Shown here piece after piece: positions 7,844 through 18,152 of a stretch of 53,087 nucleotides of DNA. This stretch comes from a virus (taxonomy: Duplodnaviria > Caudoviricetes), in the IMG/VR virus record IMGVR_UViG_3300025876_000027, positions 1 through 53,087 of that record; one strand, written 5' to 3'. Position 1 is the first letter of the stretch. Each line of letters begins with the position of its first letter. The notes under the pieces were generated by a model, which did not search any database, was not told the origin of the DNA, and saw nothing but the letters and a program-made list of their open reading frames with translations. A program made the position numbers and the translations under genes.

Positions 7844-10050
7844 TGTATCAACAAAACTTATATAGAATACTAGATAATCATATAAAACCCAAGGTTTTAA
7901 ATAGAACCAATAGATATGCAAAATGGGAATATGGTTACAACAAAGAACATGATATAGTTGTTATAAGCAAAACTGGTAAAATAGGTGACATATACGAAAT
8001 ACAAGGTTTAAAAATAGCTTTACCAAAAGAAGAAAAACCCTACGTATTTGAAACTAACAAATGGGAATATTCAGAATATCCTAAAGAGTTAAACAAAATA
8101 AAATCTGTATTTGACTGGGAAGAATACCCTAATGAATTTAAAGAAAAATGGCACGATTATATAGATGATGAATTTAAAAAACGCGAAGAAGGTTTTTGGT
8201 TTATTAACAAAAATAAGCCTACATATATTACTGGTACTCATTATATGTACTTGCAGTGGAGCAAGATTGACGTTGGCCAGCCCAATTTTCGTGAATCAAA
8301 TAGACTGTTCTACATCTTCTGGGAAGCCTGTAGAGCCGATAAACGTAGCTATGGAATGTGCTACCTTAAAAATAGACGGAGTGGCTTTTCATTCATGGCA
8401 TCGGGTGAAACAGTCAACGCTGCAACAATATCGACAGACTCAAGATTTGGTATATTATCAAAATCAGGACCAGATGCCAAAAAAATGTTTACCGATAAAG
8501 TTGTACCAATATCAGTCAACTACCCTTTCTTTTTCAAACCCATACAAGATGGAATGGATCGGCCAAAAACAGAACTGGCGTATAGAGTACCGGCCACAAA
8601 GTTTACAAGAAAAAAGCTGGACAATAACGAAAAGCTTAAAGAAATATCCGGTCTTGATACAACAATAGACTGGAAGAATACAGGAGATAACTCTTATGAT
8701 GGTGAAAAACTAAAGTTACTTGTTCATGATGAATCAGGTAAATGGGAAAAGCCAACAAACATATTAAATAATTGGCGTGTTACTAAAACATGTTTAAGGC
8801 TAGGTAGTAGAATTATAGGTAAATGCATGATGGGTTCAACATCAAACTCTTTAGATAAAGGTGGTGAAAATTTTAAAAAGCTTTATTATAGTTCTAATGT
8901 TGAAAAAAGAAATGCTAATGGTCAAACAAGCTCAGGCTTGTATTCTTTATTTATACCTATGGAGTGGAATTATGAAGGATTTATAGATTCTTATGGCTAT
9001 CCAGTATTTGATAAACCTGAAAAAGAAACAATAGATGCTTTTGGTGATACAATAGAACAAGGAGTTATAGATCATTGGAACAATGAAGTTGAAGGATTAA
9101 AGCAAGACCAAGACGGTTTAAATGAATATTTTAGGCAGTTTCCAAGAACAGAAGAACATGCATTTAGAGATGAAGCAAAAGAATCTTTATTTAATCTTAC
9201 TAAGATATACGAGCAAATAGATTACAATGTTGATTTAAAAAATACTTCAACAATAACAGTTGGTAGCTTTCAGTGGGAACATGGTCAAAAAGATACTAGA
9301 GTTATATTTGTTCCAAATAAAGATGGTAGGTTTAATATATCTTGGGTTCCAGCTTTAGAATTACAAAATAGAATTGTAATAGATAATAAAGGCAAACATC
9401 CTGGAAATGAGCACTTAGGTGCTTTTGGTTGTGATAGTTATGATATATCAGGTACGGTAGATGGTAGAGGTTCTAATGGTTCTTTACACGGCTTAACTAA
9501 GTTTAGTATGGAAAACGTACCTCCTAATCATTTCTTTTTAGAATATATAGCTAGACCTCAAACAGCTGAGATATTTTTTGAAGATGTTTTAATGGCTTGT
9601 ATTTTTTACGGTATGCCTATATTAGCGGAGAATAATAAACCTAGATTATTATATCATTTTAAAAGAAGAGGTTATAGAGGTTATTCAATGAATAGGCCAG
9701 ATAAGATCTGGAATAAATTATCAGTAACTGAAAGAGAAATAGGTGGTATACCAAACTCTAGTGAAGATATAAAGCAAGCTCACGCAGCTGCTATTGAAAC
9801 TTATATAAATACTAACGTTGGTATTTTAGAAAATGGATATGGAGATATGTATTTCCAAAGAACATTAAATGATTGGGCTAAATTCAATATAAATAATAGA
9901 ACAAAGCATGATGCTTCTATTAGTTCAGGATTAGCTTTGATGGCTTGCAATAAGAATAGGTATATGCCTGCTCAAAAGAAAATATATAAACCTATTGATT
10001 TAGGTATTAAAAAATATAATAATAGTGGAAATACTTCAAAAATACTTTAA
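7843..10050 (+). CDS. terL: Terminase large subunit
   Basis: KNRRSGFS Walker A, LLVHDESGK Walker B, GST motif III, GCDSYD and HD nuclease motifs. Confidence 0.92.
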   Translation: MYQQNLYRILDNHIKPKVLNRTNRYAKWEYGYNKEHDIVVISKTGKIGDIYEIQGLKIALPKEEKPYVFETNKWEYSEYPKELNKIKSVFDWEEYPNEFKEKWHDYIDDEFKKREEGFWFINKNKPTYITGTHYMYLQWSKIDVGQPNFRESNRLFYIFWEACRADKRSYGMCYLKNRRSGFSFMASGETVNAATISTDSRFGILSKSGPDAKKMFTDKVVPISVNYPFFFKPIQDGMDRPKTELAYRVPATKFTRKKLDNNEKLKEISGLDTTIDWKNTGDNSYDGEKLKLLVHDESGKWEKPTNILNNWRVTKTCLRLGSRIIGKCMMGSTSNSLDKGGENFKKLYYSSNVEKRNANGQTSSGLYSLFIPMEWNYEGFIDSYGYPVFDKPEKETIDAFGDTIEQGVIDHWNNEVEGLKQDQDGLNEYFRQFPRTEEHAFRDEAKESLFNLTKIYEQIDYNVDLKNTSTITVGSFQWEHGQKDTRVIFVPNKDGRFNISWVPALELQNRIVIDNKGKHPGNEHLGAFGCDSYDISGTVDGRGSNGSLHGLTKFSMENVPPNHFFLEYIARPQTAEIFFEDVLMACIFYGMPILAENNKPRLLYHFKRRGYRGYSMNRPDKIWNKLSVTEREIGGIPNSSEDIKQAHAAAIETYINTNVGILENGYGDMYFQRTLNDWAKFNINNRTKHDASISSGLALMACNKNRYMPAQKKIYKPIDLGIKKYNNSGNTSKIL

Positions 10051-10053
10051 TAA

Positions 10054-12459
10054 ATGAAAATCCAAACTAATACAAACAGTTCTTTTCCAAACCAAGTGGT
10101 AAGTGAGGAAGAAAAATCAAGCTTAGAATATGGTATTCAAGTAGGTAGAGCTATTGAAGGAGAATGGTTTCAAGAAGGAAGATCAGGAAATAGATATGCT
10201 CAAAGCTACAGTAATTTTCATCAATTAAGGTTATATGCAAGAGGAGAGCAGTCTGTAGCTAAATACAAAAGTGAATTATCTATAAATGGTGATTTATCTT
10301 ATCTTAACTTAGACTGGACTCCAGTTGCTGTTATCCCTAAGTTTGTAGATATTGTTGTTAATGGAATGTCTAATAAGTCTTATGACATTAATACTGTAGC
10401 ACAAGATCCTTATTCTATTAAACAAAAAAGTGAATATTCAAGAAAAGTTTTAAGAGATATTAATAATAAAAAACTATTGACAGGTCTTAAAAATAAATTA
10501 GGTATTAATTTATTTAATACAACTAATCCAGAAGAATTACCAGCTAGTAAAGAAGAATTAGACTTATACATGCAAATGAATTATAAACAGCAAATTGAAA
10601 TTGCTGAAGAAGAAGTTATAAATAATGTTTTAGCTAAAAATAAATACGAAGAAACTCAAAGAAGATTAGCTTATGACTTGGCTGTAATAGGTATAAGCGC
10701 TTCAAAAACTCAATTTAACAAAACAGAAGGTATAAAAATTGATTATGTTGATCCTGCTTATATGGTTTATTCATATACTGAAGACCCTAACTTTGAAGAT
10801 ATTTATTATGTAGGCGAAGTAAAATCTATAACTATACCAGAGTTAAAAAAACAATATCCAAATATACCAGAAGAAGAGTTACTTAAAATACAACAAATGC
10901 CTGGTAATTCTCAATATATAACAGGTTGGGGTAATTATGATCAAAACACAATACAGGTTATGTATTTTGAATATAAAACATATCATGATCAGGTTTTTAA
11001 AATAAAGAAAACAGATCAAGGACTTGAAAAAGCTTTAGTAAAGTTTGATGGTTATAATCCACCTGAAAGCGATAGATATGATATTGTAACAAGAACAATA
11101 GAAGTTTTATATACAGGAGCTAAAGTTTTAGGTAATAACTATATGTTAGAATGGAAACTAGCAGAAAATATGACTAGGCCATATGCCGATACAACTAAAG
11201 TTGAAATGAATTATTGTATATCAGCACCTAGAATATACAAAGGTAGAATTGAATCTATGGTAGGCAAGATATGTGGCTTTGCAGATATGATACAACTTAC
11301 TCATCTTAAACTGCAACAAGTAATGTCAAGAATAGTACCTGATGGTGTGTTTTTAGATATGGACGGTTTAGCAGAAGTCGACTTAGGTAACGGAACTAAC
11401 TATAATCCAGCTGAAGCTTTAAACATGTATTTTCAAACTGGTTCTATAGTTGGTAGATCACTTACTCAAGAAGGTGGTATGAACGCTGGCAAGGTACCTA
11501 TATCAGAATTATCTTCATCGTCTGGTCAAGCTAAAATTCAAAGTTTGATTGGCACATATCAGTATTATTTGCAAATGATACGTGATGTAACTGGATTAAA
11601 CGAAGCAAGAGACGGAAGTATGCCTGATAAAGATTCCTTAGTTGGTTTGCAAAAAATGGCAGCAAATGCTTCTAATGTAGCAACTAGACATATGATGGAT
11701 TCTTTACTTTATATTAGTCTTAGAACTTGTGAAAATATAAGTTTAAAAACAGCAGATATAATAAAAAATCCTTTAAACAAAAGTGCATTAATGAATTCTA
11801 TAAGTACATTTAATACTGAAACATTAAGTGAATTAATTAATTTACAAATTCATGATTTTGGTATTTATTTGCAACTAGAACCTGAAGATGAAGAAAGAGC
11901 TCAATTAGAACAAAATGTACAAATTGCCTTAAAAACAGGAGCAATTGCATTGTCTGACGCAATTGATATTAGAGAAATTAAAAATACAAAATTAGCTAAT
12001 CAATACATAAAGCTTAGACAAACTCAAAAAATTGAAAGAGAGCAAGCTGCTCAACAACAAAACATACAAGCGCAAGCGCAAGCAAACGCACAAGCTTCTG
12101 AAGCAGCTGCTATGTCTGAAGTTCAAAAGCAACAAGCTTTAACTCAAGAAAAAGTAAGTATTGAACAAGCTAAGTCTCAGTTTGAAATACAACGCATGCA
12201 AAATGAAGCTCAAATAAAAAGAGAGCTTATGGCTGAAGAATTTAATTATCAAATGCAATTAGCAAAAGCTAGAGCTGGTGTTGAATTAGAAAGAGAAAAA
12301 GAAATAGAAGATCGAAAAGATAAAAGAACAAGAATACAAGGAACACAACAATCAGAAATGATTGATCAAAGAAAAAATGATTTATTACCTATAAATTTTG
12401 AATCTGAAGGTAATGATGATTTAAGTGGGTTTAATCTTGGATCATTAGGTCCAGAATAA
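10054..12459 (+). CDS. Portal protein
   Basis: 801 aa after terL; IPKFVDIVVNG, IRDVTGLNEARDG, Q-rich C-terminal coil. Confidence 0.88.
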   Translation: MKIQTNTNSSFPNQVVSEEEKSSLEYGIQVGRAIEGEWFQEGRSGNRYAQSYSNFHQLRLYARGEQSVAKYKSELSINGDLSYLNLDWTPVAVIPKFVDIVVNGMSNKSYDINTVAQDPYSIKQKSEYSRKVLRDINNKKLLTGLKNKLGINLFNTTNPEELPASKEELDLYMQMNYKQQIEIAEEEVINNVLAKNKYEETQRRLAYDLAVIGISASKTQFNKTEGIKIDYVDPAYMVYSYTEDPNFEDIYYVGEVKSITIPELKKQYPNIPEEELLKIQQMPGNSQYITGWGNYDQNTIQVMYFEYKTYHDQVFKIKKTDQGLEKALVKFDGYNPPESDRYDIVTRTIEVLYTGAKVLGNNYMLEWKLAENMTRPYADTTKVEMNYCISAPRIYKGRIESMVGKICGFADMIQLTHLKLQQVMSRIVPDGVFLDMDGLAEVDLGNGTNYNPAEALNMYFQTGSIVGRSLTQEGGMNAGKVPISELSSSSGQAKIQSLIGTYQYYLQMIRDVTGLNEARDGSMPDKDSLVGLQKMAANASNVATRHMMDSLLYISLRTCENISLKTADIIKNPLNKSALMNSISTFNTETLSELINLQIHDFGIYLQLEPEDEERAQLEQNVQIALKTGAIALSDAIDIREIKNTKLANQYIKLRQTQKIEREQAAQQQNIQAQAQANAQASEAAAMSEVQKQQALTQEKVSIEQAKSQFEIQRMQNEAQIKRELMAEEFNYQMQLAKARAGVELEREKEIEDRKDKRTRIQGTQQSEMIDQRKNDLLPINFESEGNDDLSGFNLGSLGPE

Positions 12460-12488
12460 ATCTTTTATTTATTTAATTATATTATATT

Positions 12489-13697
12489 ATGTCAACAGAA
12501 GTGAAACAAGAAGGCGACTTTAAGATAAAAAAGTCTAAGCCTAAAAATCTAGGTAAAGAAACCAAAGCACAAGATGCTATAAAAAAAATAACAATATCTG
12601 AACCTGAAGATGAAATAAAAAAAGAGGAGATAACTAAAGTAGTTGTACCTGCAGAAGAAAAAACACAAGACGATGCCATTCAAATCGGAGAAACAGAGGA
12701 AATTTCTGTGGGCGAATCATCCGAAGATAGCGAGAAGGTGGGAGAGGAAATACCAAAGTCCACTGAAGAAGTTCAAGATGAAAAGCCAGTATTGCAAGAA
12801 ATTACAGAAAATGTAATTGAAGAAGTTAAAAAAGTAGAGGAAAACATTAAAGAACCTAAACAAATAGATAAACCTTTACCAGAAAATATTGAAAAGCTTG
12901 TTTCTTTTATGGAAGAGACAGGTGGAAGCATTGAAGATTATGTGCGTTTAAATGCTGATTATTCTAATGTTGATAATAATACATTATTAAGAGAATATTA
13001 TAAACAAACTAAACCACATTTAGATAATGAAGAAATTAATTTCCTTATGGAAGATAATTTTTCATATGATGAAGAACTAGAAGAGGAGCGAGACATCCGC
13101 AAAAAGAAACTCGCAATAAAAGAAGAAGTCGCTAAAGCAAAGAATTTTTTGGAAAGCGCTAAGAGTAAATACTACGACGATATCAAGTTGAGACCCGGCG
13201 TAACTCAAGAGCAACAAAAAGCTATGGAATTTTTCGACCGATACACGAAGGAGCAGGAAACTGCAACTGAGCGTCATAATGATTTTGTTAACCAAACTCA
13301 AGATTATTTTACTTCTGATTTCAAAGGTTTTGATTTCAATGTAGGTGAAAAGAAATACAGGTATGGTGTGCAAAACGCAAGCAAAGTAGCTGAAAAACAA
13401 TCAAATATTACAAACCTTGTCGGGAAGTTCTTTGACAACAAAGGTAAAATATCAGATAAACAAGGCTATCATAAAGCTATTTATGCCGCTGAGAATGTAG
13501 ATACTATTGCAAGTCATTTTTATGAACAAGGAAAAGCTGACGCAATCAGAGAGGTTGTTGATGGTTCTAAAAATCCTAGCACAAATCCAAGGCAGGCTTC
13601 ACAGACTGATGGGTTTAAAGATGGGATTAAAGTAAAGGTGGTAAATAATAATATGAATGATTCTTCAAAACTTAAAATTAAAAAAATCAAAATTTAA
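12489..13697 (+). CDS. Putative capsid scaffolding protein
   Basis: Acidic disordered N-half; lies between portal and capsid. Confidence 0.7.
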   Translation: MSTEVKQEGDFKIKKSKPKNLGKETKAQDAIKKITISEPEDEIKKEEITKVVVPAEEKTQDDAIQIGETEEISVGESSEDSEKVGEEIPKSTEEVQDEKPVLQEITENVIEEVKKVEENIKEPKQIDKPLPENIEKLVSFMEETGGSIEDYVRLNADYSNVDNNTLLREYYKQTKPHLDNEEINFLMEDNFSYDEELEEERDIRKKKLAIKEEVAKAKNFLESAKSKYYDDIKLRPGVTQEQQKAMEFFDRYTKEQETATERHNDFVNQTQDYFTSDFKGFDFNVGEKKYRYGVQNASKVAEKQSNITNLVGKFFDNKGKISDKQGYHKAIYAAENVDTIASHFYEQGKADAIREVVDGSKNPSTNPRQASQTDGFKDGIKVKVVNNNMNDSSKLKIKKIKI

Positions 13698-13710
13698 AAC
13701 TATATAAATT

Positions 13711-15162
13711 ATGGCATTAGCACCAAAGTTTGGATCATTAATTCCAAGCCAAAAACTACAAGCCCTGGAGACTAACTATCTTAGTTTCACAGATGGCAAC
13801 AATGATTTCGCACAACAGTACTTACCTGAGATCTACGAACAAGAAGTAGAGCGTTACGGAAACAGAACTCTTTCTGGTTTCTTACGTATGGTAGGAGCTG
13901 AAATGCCTATGACATCCGATCAGGTTATCTGGTCAGAACAGAATCGCTTACACATTGCTTATGATAACGTTATCATGGCAGCTGGTAATCCGATTAATGT
14001 ACTTTCTTTCAATGTTACTGCTAGCATAACTAACGTTATTGCTGTCAAAGACACCATTGTTATAATGGATCCAACTAATGGAGTTGAATGTACTGCAATA
14101 GTAACTGCAAGAACCGCTGGTGTTGTTGGAGGAGCTGATGCTACTATCACAGTCGCACCTTACGGAGCAGCTGCAGTTTCTGCTGCAACAGCCGCTGGAG
14201 GTATTGGAGCTGGAGCGCGTACAGATCTTAAGATCTTTGTTTACGGTTCTGAGTATGGAAAAGGACTTGGCGATGCTACTGCAGAGTCTATTACTCCTTC
14301 TTTCACTCAATTCAGTAACTCACCTATCATTATCAAGTCTAAGTATCAAATCTCCGGATCTGACACTGCACAGATTGGTTGGGTAGAAGTTGCTACTGAA
14401 GACGGAACAGGTGGATATCTTTGGTATCTTAAAGCTGAGTCTGAGACACGACTACGTTTTGAAGATTACTTGGAAATGTCAGTTGTTGAAGGAGAATTAG
14501 CTGCTGCTGGTTCTGCTGCTTTAGGAGCTAACAACAAAGGTACTCAAGGATTGTTCTCTGCTATTAAGACAAGAGGTAATAACTTCTCTGCTTACGGTGG
14601 AACTTTAGCTGAGTTTGACAGTGTTCTTAAGAACCTTGATACTCAGGGAGCTATTGAAGAGAACATGTTGTTTGTTAACAGAGCACTTTCATTAGAGCTT
14701 GACGATATGCTTGCTGGTTTATCTGCTGGAGCAAACGGTGGAACTGCTTATGGTTTGTTTGAGAATTCTGAAGAAATGGCGTTGAACTTAGGTTTCACAG
14801 GTTTCCGAAGAGGTTCTTATGACTTCTATAAGACAGACTGGAAATATCTTAACGATGCTTCTACTCGTGGTGGCTTAGTTAAAGCTAACGGTACTGACGG
14901 TATTGCTCCAATTGAAGGAGTATTAGTTCCTGCTGGAACTTCTACTGTTTATGATCAAACTTTAGGCACTAACATCCGCCGACCTTTCTTACACGTACGT
15001 TATCGCGCTTCTCAAGCTGATGACCGTCGTATGAAGTCATGGTTGACTGGATCTGTTGGAGGAGCTTATACTTCTGATCTAGACGCGATGCAAGTACACT
15101 TCTTATCAGAGAGATGTCTTTGTGTTCAGGCTGCGAATAACTTCGTAATCTTCACTAAGTAA
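13711..15162 (+). CDS. Major capsid protein
   Basis: 483 aa, strong codon bias, position, followed by a terminator. Confidence 0.88.
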   Translation: MALAPKFGSLIPSQKLQALETNYLSFTDGNNDFAQQYLPEIYEQEVERYGNRTLSGFLRMVGAEMPMTSDQVIWSEQNRLHIAYDNVIMAAGNPINVLSFNVTASITNVIAVKDTIVIMDPTNGVECTAIVTARTAGVVGGADATITVAPYGAAAVSAATAAGGIGAGARTDLKIFVYGSEYGKGLGDATAESITPSFTQFSNSPIIIKSKYQISGSDTAQIGWVEVATEDGTGGYLWYLKAESETRLRFEDYLEMSVVEGELAAAGSAALGANNKGTQGLFSAIKTRGNNFSAYGGTLAEFDSVLKNLDTQGAIEENMLFVNRALSLELDDMLAGLSAGANGGTAYGLFENSEEMALNLGFTGFRRGSYDFYKTDWKYLNDASTRGGLVKANGTDGIAPIEGVLVPAGTSTVYDQTLGTNIRRPFLHVRYRASQADDRRMKSWLTGSVGGAYTSDLDAMQVHFLSERCLCVQAANNFVIFTK

Positions 15163-15175
15163 TCGATCAATTAAA

Positions 15176-15221
15176 GTAATGTTACCCTCGTCTTATTGAC
15201 GGGGGTAATTATTACTCTTTT
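15176..15221 (+). terminator. Intrinsic terminator after the major capsid gene
   Basis: GTAATGTTACCCTCGTC-TTATT-GACGGGGGTAATTATTAC then TCTTTT. Confidence 0.8.
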
Positions 15222-15244
15222 AAATTATTTAATCTTATTATATC

Positions 15245-16081
15245 ATGGCTAAAAAAGCTACAGCTAAAAAAGTTGAGGTTGCTCCTCAGGAAATTGAAAC
15301 TACAAAATATGTAGAACAAACTTCACAAAAGGTAATTAAAAAACCTAAGTGGGAAATAAAAGATAGAGTATATCTTTTACAAGACAGACATAAACCATTA
15401 ACTTACACAATGCAAAGCAAGCATCATCACAGATCTCCTTTGCTTTGGTTTGAACCAGATACTGGTATGCAAAGAGAATTAAGATTTGCAGTTAACCAAA
15501 ACTCTCCATTTGTTGATGAACAAAAAGGTGAAGTTACTCTAGGTCATATAATGTTTCAAAATGGTGAATTAAAAGTTGCTAAAGAGCAACAAAACTTACA
15601 AAAACTATTGTCTCTTTATCATCCTGGTTTAAATAAAAAATATTATGAGTTTAATCCTATTGCTATTGCAACAGATGAACTTGGTGATATTGAACTAGAA
15701 ATAGATGCTTTAGTAGCTGCAAGATCTATGGATATAGATCAAATGGAAGCTATACTTAGAGTTGAAGTAGGTTCAGAAGTTTCTAAAATGAAAAGTAAAG
15801 AAATAAAAAGAGATCTTATGTTTTTCGCAAAAGAAAATCCAGGTCTGTTTTTAGATTTAGCTAATGATGAAAACGTAATGTTAAGAAACTTTGCTATCCA
15901 AGCTATTGAAGCTGGAGTAATTAAGTTATTAGACGATCAAAGAACTTTTGTTTGGGCTTCAAATAATAAAAAATTCATGACAGTTCCTTTTGATGAGCAT
16001 CCATACTCAGCTATGGCAGCTTTCTTTAAAACTGACGAAGGTTTGGAAATATACAAATCAATAGAGAAAAAATTCTCATAA
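15245..16081 (+). CDS. Hypothetical protein of the head module
   Basis: 278-aa ORF. Confidence 0.75.
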   Translation: MAKKATAKKVEVAPQEIETTKYVEQTSQKVIKKPKWEIKDRVYLLQDRHKPLTYTMQSKHHHRSPLLWFEPDTGMQRELRFAVNQNSPFVDEQKGEVTLGHIMFQNGELKVAKEQQNLQKLLSLYHPGLNKKYYEFNPIAIATDELGDIELEIDALVAARSMDIDQMEAILRVEVGSEVSKMKSKEIKRDLMFFAKENPGLFLDLANDENVMLRNFAIQAIEAGVIKLLDDQRTFVWASNNKKFMTVPFDEHPYSAMAAFFKTDEGLEIYKSIEKKFS

Positions 16082-16095
16082 CATGTAATACTATA
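16065..16095 (+). promoter_or_regulatory. Putative class II promoter
   Basis: AGAAAA-N13-TGTAATACTATA upstream of the tail operon. Confidence 0.4.
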
Positions 16096-16134
16096 TAGTA
16101 GATAGGTCACTCATAGAGAGTGGCCTAACTATTA
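16096..16134 (+). other. Intergenic hairpin (5' leader or weak terminator)
   Basis: TAGGTCACTC-ATAGA-GAGTGGCCTA, no strong U tract. Confidence 0.6.
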
Positions 16135-16151
16135 TTCAAAATTAAAATACA

Positions 16152-16934
16152 ATGGCGGTAAATATAAACACAGTATACACTACAGTATTATTCATACTGA
16201 ATAAAGAGCAGAGGGGTTATATTCCTCCAGCTGAATTCAATAGTCTTGCTGCGCAGGTTCAAAATGATATATTTGAATCGTATTTTCCTGACGGTAATCA
16301 AGTTAACCGCCTTAATCAAAGTAATCGCCAAAACGATACTGAGTTTTTTGATATGTTTAAAAATATATCATACAAGTTATTTCCTTTTGAAAAGGAAACA
16401 GATTTTACCTATAATGCTGCAAATACAGGATTTATATATACAGGTACTAAAACAATATATAAGCTAGGAGAAATCACTGCAACAACTCCAGCTTCACAGA
16501 CAGGTCAACCTGCTAATATACAATCAGTTGTACAATTAACGAGTAAAAGTGATTATACTGAAATTACAAAATCTAAATTAACATTGCCAACAGCAAGTTA
16601 TCCTATTTGCTTTACAACTCAAACAGCTGCTGCAATTGCGCCAGCTACAGTCCCACAATTATTAATCAAAGTTTCGCCTGCTACAGCAGCAACAACTTTA
16701 GCAGTAAATTGCTTATTTGCACCAACTAACCCATCTTGGGCGTTTACAGTTGGTACATTAGGTCAATATGTCTATAATTCTTCTTTGTCTGTAGACTTTC
16801 AATTAGACATTGCTGAACAAAACACATTGATTATTAACATATTAAAATATGCGGGTATAATAATTAAAGATCCACAAATAGTACAAGCAGCAGCGCAAGA
16901 AGCGCAAGCAGAGGAAACAAATTTAAAAAGTTAA
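16152..16934 (+). CDS. Putative head-tail adaptor/tail ring protein
   Basis: LNKEQRGYIPPAEFN N-terminus; position. Confidence 0.6.
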   Translation: MAVNINTVYTTVLFILNKEQRGYIPPAEFNSLAAQVQNDIFESYFPDGNQVNRLNQSNRQNDTEFFDMFKNISYKLFPFEKETDFTYNAANTGFIYTGTKTIYKLGEITATTPASQTGQPANIQSVVQLTSKSDYTEITKSKLTLPTASYPICFTTQTAAAIAPATVPQLLIKVSPATAATTLAVNCLFAPTNPSWAFTVGTLGQYVYNSSLSVDFQLDIAEQNTLIINILKYAGIIIKDPQIVQAAAQEAQAEETNLKS

Positions 16935-16937
16935 TAA

Positions 16938-18146
16938 ATGGCACTAATAACAGAAAACAATGCACAATATTACGCTGGCTCACAAGATTTTCTTGTCAGC
17001 AATGCAGCTGCTGGTCAAACATATACATGCACTTTTGATACTGATTTAGTTTTTGGAAGCTTTAATCCTTTAGAAACAAATTATGCTTTAAATAATTTTA
17101 AATTATACACAGCAGCACCTGGAGTAGCTACATACACAGAGTACACAGCAGCTTATACAGTAGCTAATAATGTTATTACTGTAACAGCAGCTATAGCATT
17201 AAATACAAGTTTTGTTGTTCAACTAAAAACAACAAACGGTGGCGAATATGGTAACAGAGATGCTTATGGTTCTACTGTTCAAGAAAACTGGGGTTCTTAT
17301 TCTTATATAACTTTGAACGATATTATAGACAACTTTATGGTTGGTTACATTGGAGATGGTAAATTAATAGGTACAGTTAAAAAAAGTGATGTATTATTTT
17401 TTGCTAAAAGAGGATTACAAGAGTTTAGTTACGATACACTTAAAAGTATAAAATCTCAAGAGCTTACTATACCACCAAATTTAAGTGTGCCTATACCACA
17501 AGACTATGTTAACTATGTGAATATTTACTGGGTTGATCAAGCTGGTATTAAACACATTATTTATCCTACTACTTTAACAAGTAATCCATATAGAACACCT
17601 ATTCAAGATGGTGAAGGAATTCCTACTCAAGATAATTTTGAAAGAAATCTACAAGGAACATCTATAGTTAACAAAAGATGGAGAGATAATAATTTAAAGA
17701 ATTTAAATAAAGAATTAGAAGACAGTTCTTTTTTCTCTAACATATATGGTGGTGGTTTTGGTAACGGTTTTGGAACTGTTGGTGGTCAATATGGTATTCA
17801 ACCTGAAATAGCGCAGATAAATGGATGGTTTACTATAAATGAAAGAGACAACAAATTTTCTTTCTCTAGTGATCTCTCTGACAAGTTAATTATATTAGAA
17901 TATATATCAGATGGCTTAGCAGCCGATGGTGACACTAGAGTGCCTAAAATGGCTGAGGAAGCAATGTACGCATACTTAAGTCATGCTATAATATCTACAA
18001 GAGCAAATCAACCTGAATATGTAGTAAATAGACTTAGTAGAGAAAAGACTGCAAAATTAAGAAACGCAAAGATCAGATTATCAAACATCAAGTTAGATGA
18101 GTTTACTCAAATTATGAGAGGCAAGTCTAAATGGATTAAATCATAA
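16938..18146 (+). CDS. Putative tail ring/structural protein
   Basis: PQDYVNYV, LEYISDG motifs; position. Confidence 0.6.
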   Translation: MALITENNAQYYAGSQDFLVSNAAAGQTYTCTFDTDLVFGSFNPLETNYALNNFKLYTAAPGVATYTEYTAAYTVANNVITVTAAIALNTSFVVQLKTTNGGEYGNRDAYGSTVQENWGSYSYITLNDIIDNFMVGYIGDGKLIGTVKKSDVLFFAKRGLQEFSYDTLKSIKSQELTIPPNLSVPIPQDYVNYVNIYWVDQAGIKHIIYPTTLTSNPYRTPIQDGEGIPTQDNFERNLQGTSIVNKRWRDNNLKNLNKELEDSSFFSNIYGGGFGNGFGTVGGQYGIQPEIAQINGWFTINERDNKFSFSSDLSDKLIILEYISDGLAADGDTRVPKMAEEAMYAYLSHAIISTRANQPEYVVNRLSREKTAKLRNAKIRLSNIKLDEFTQIMRGKSKWIKS

Positions 18147-18152
18147 AGTTAT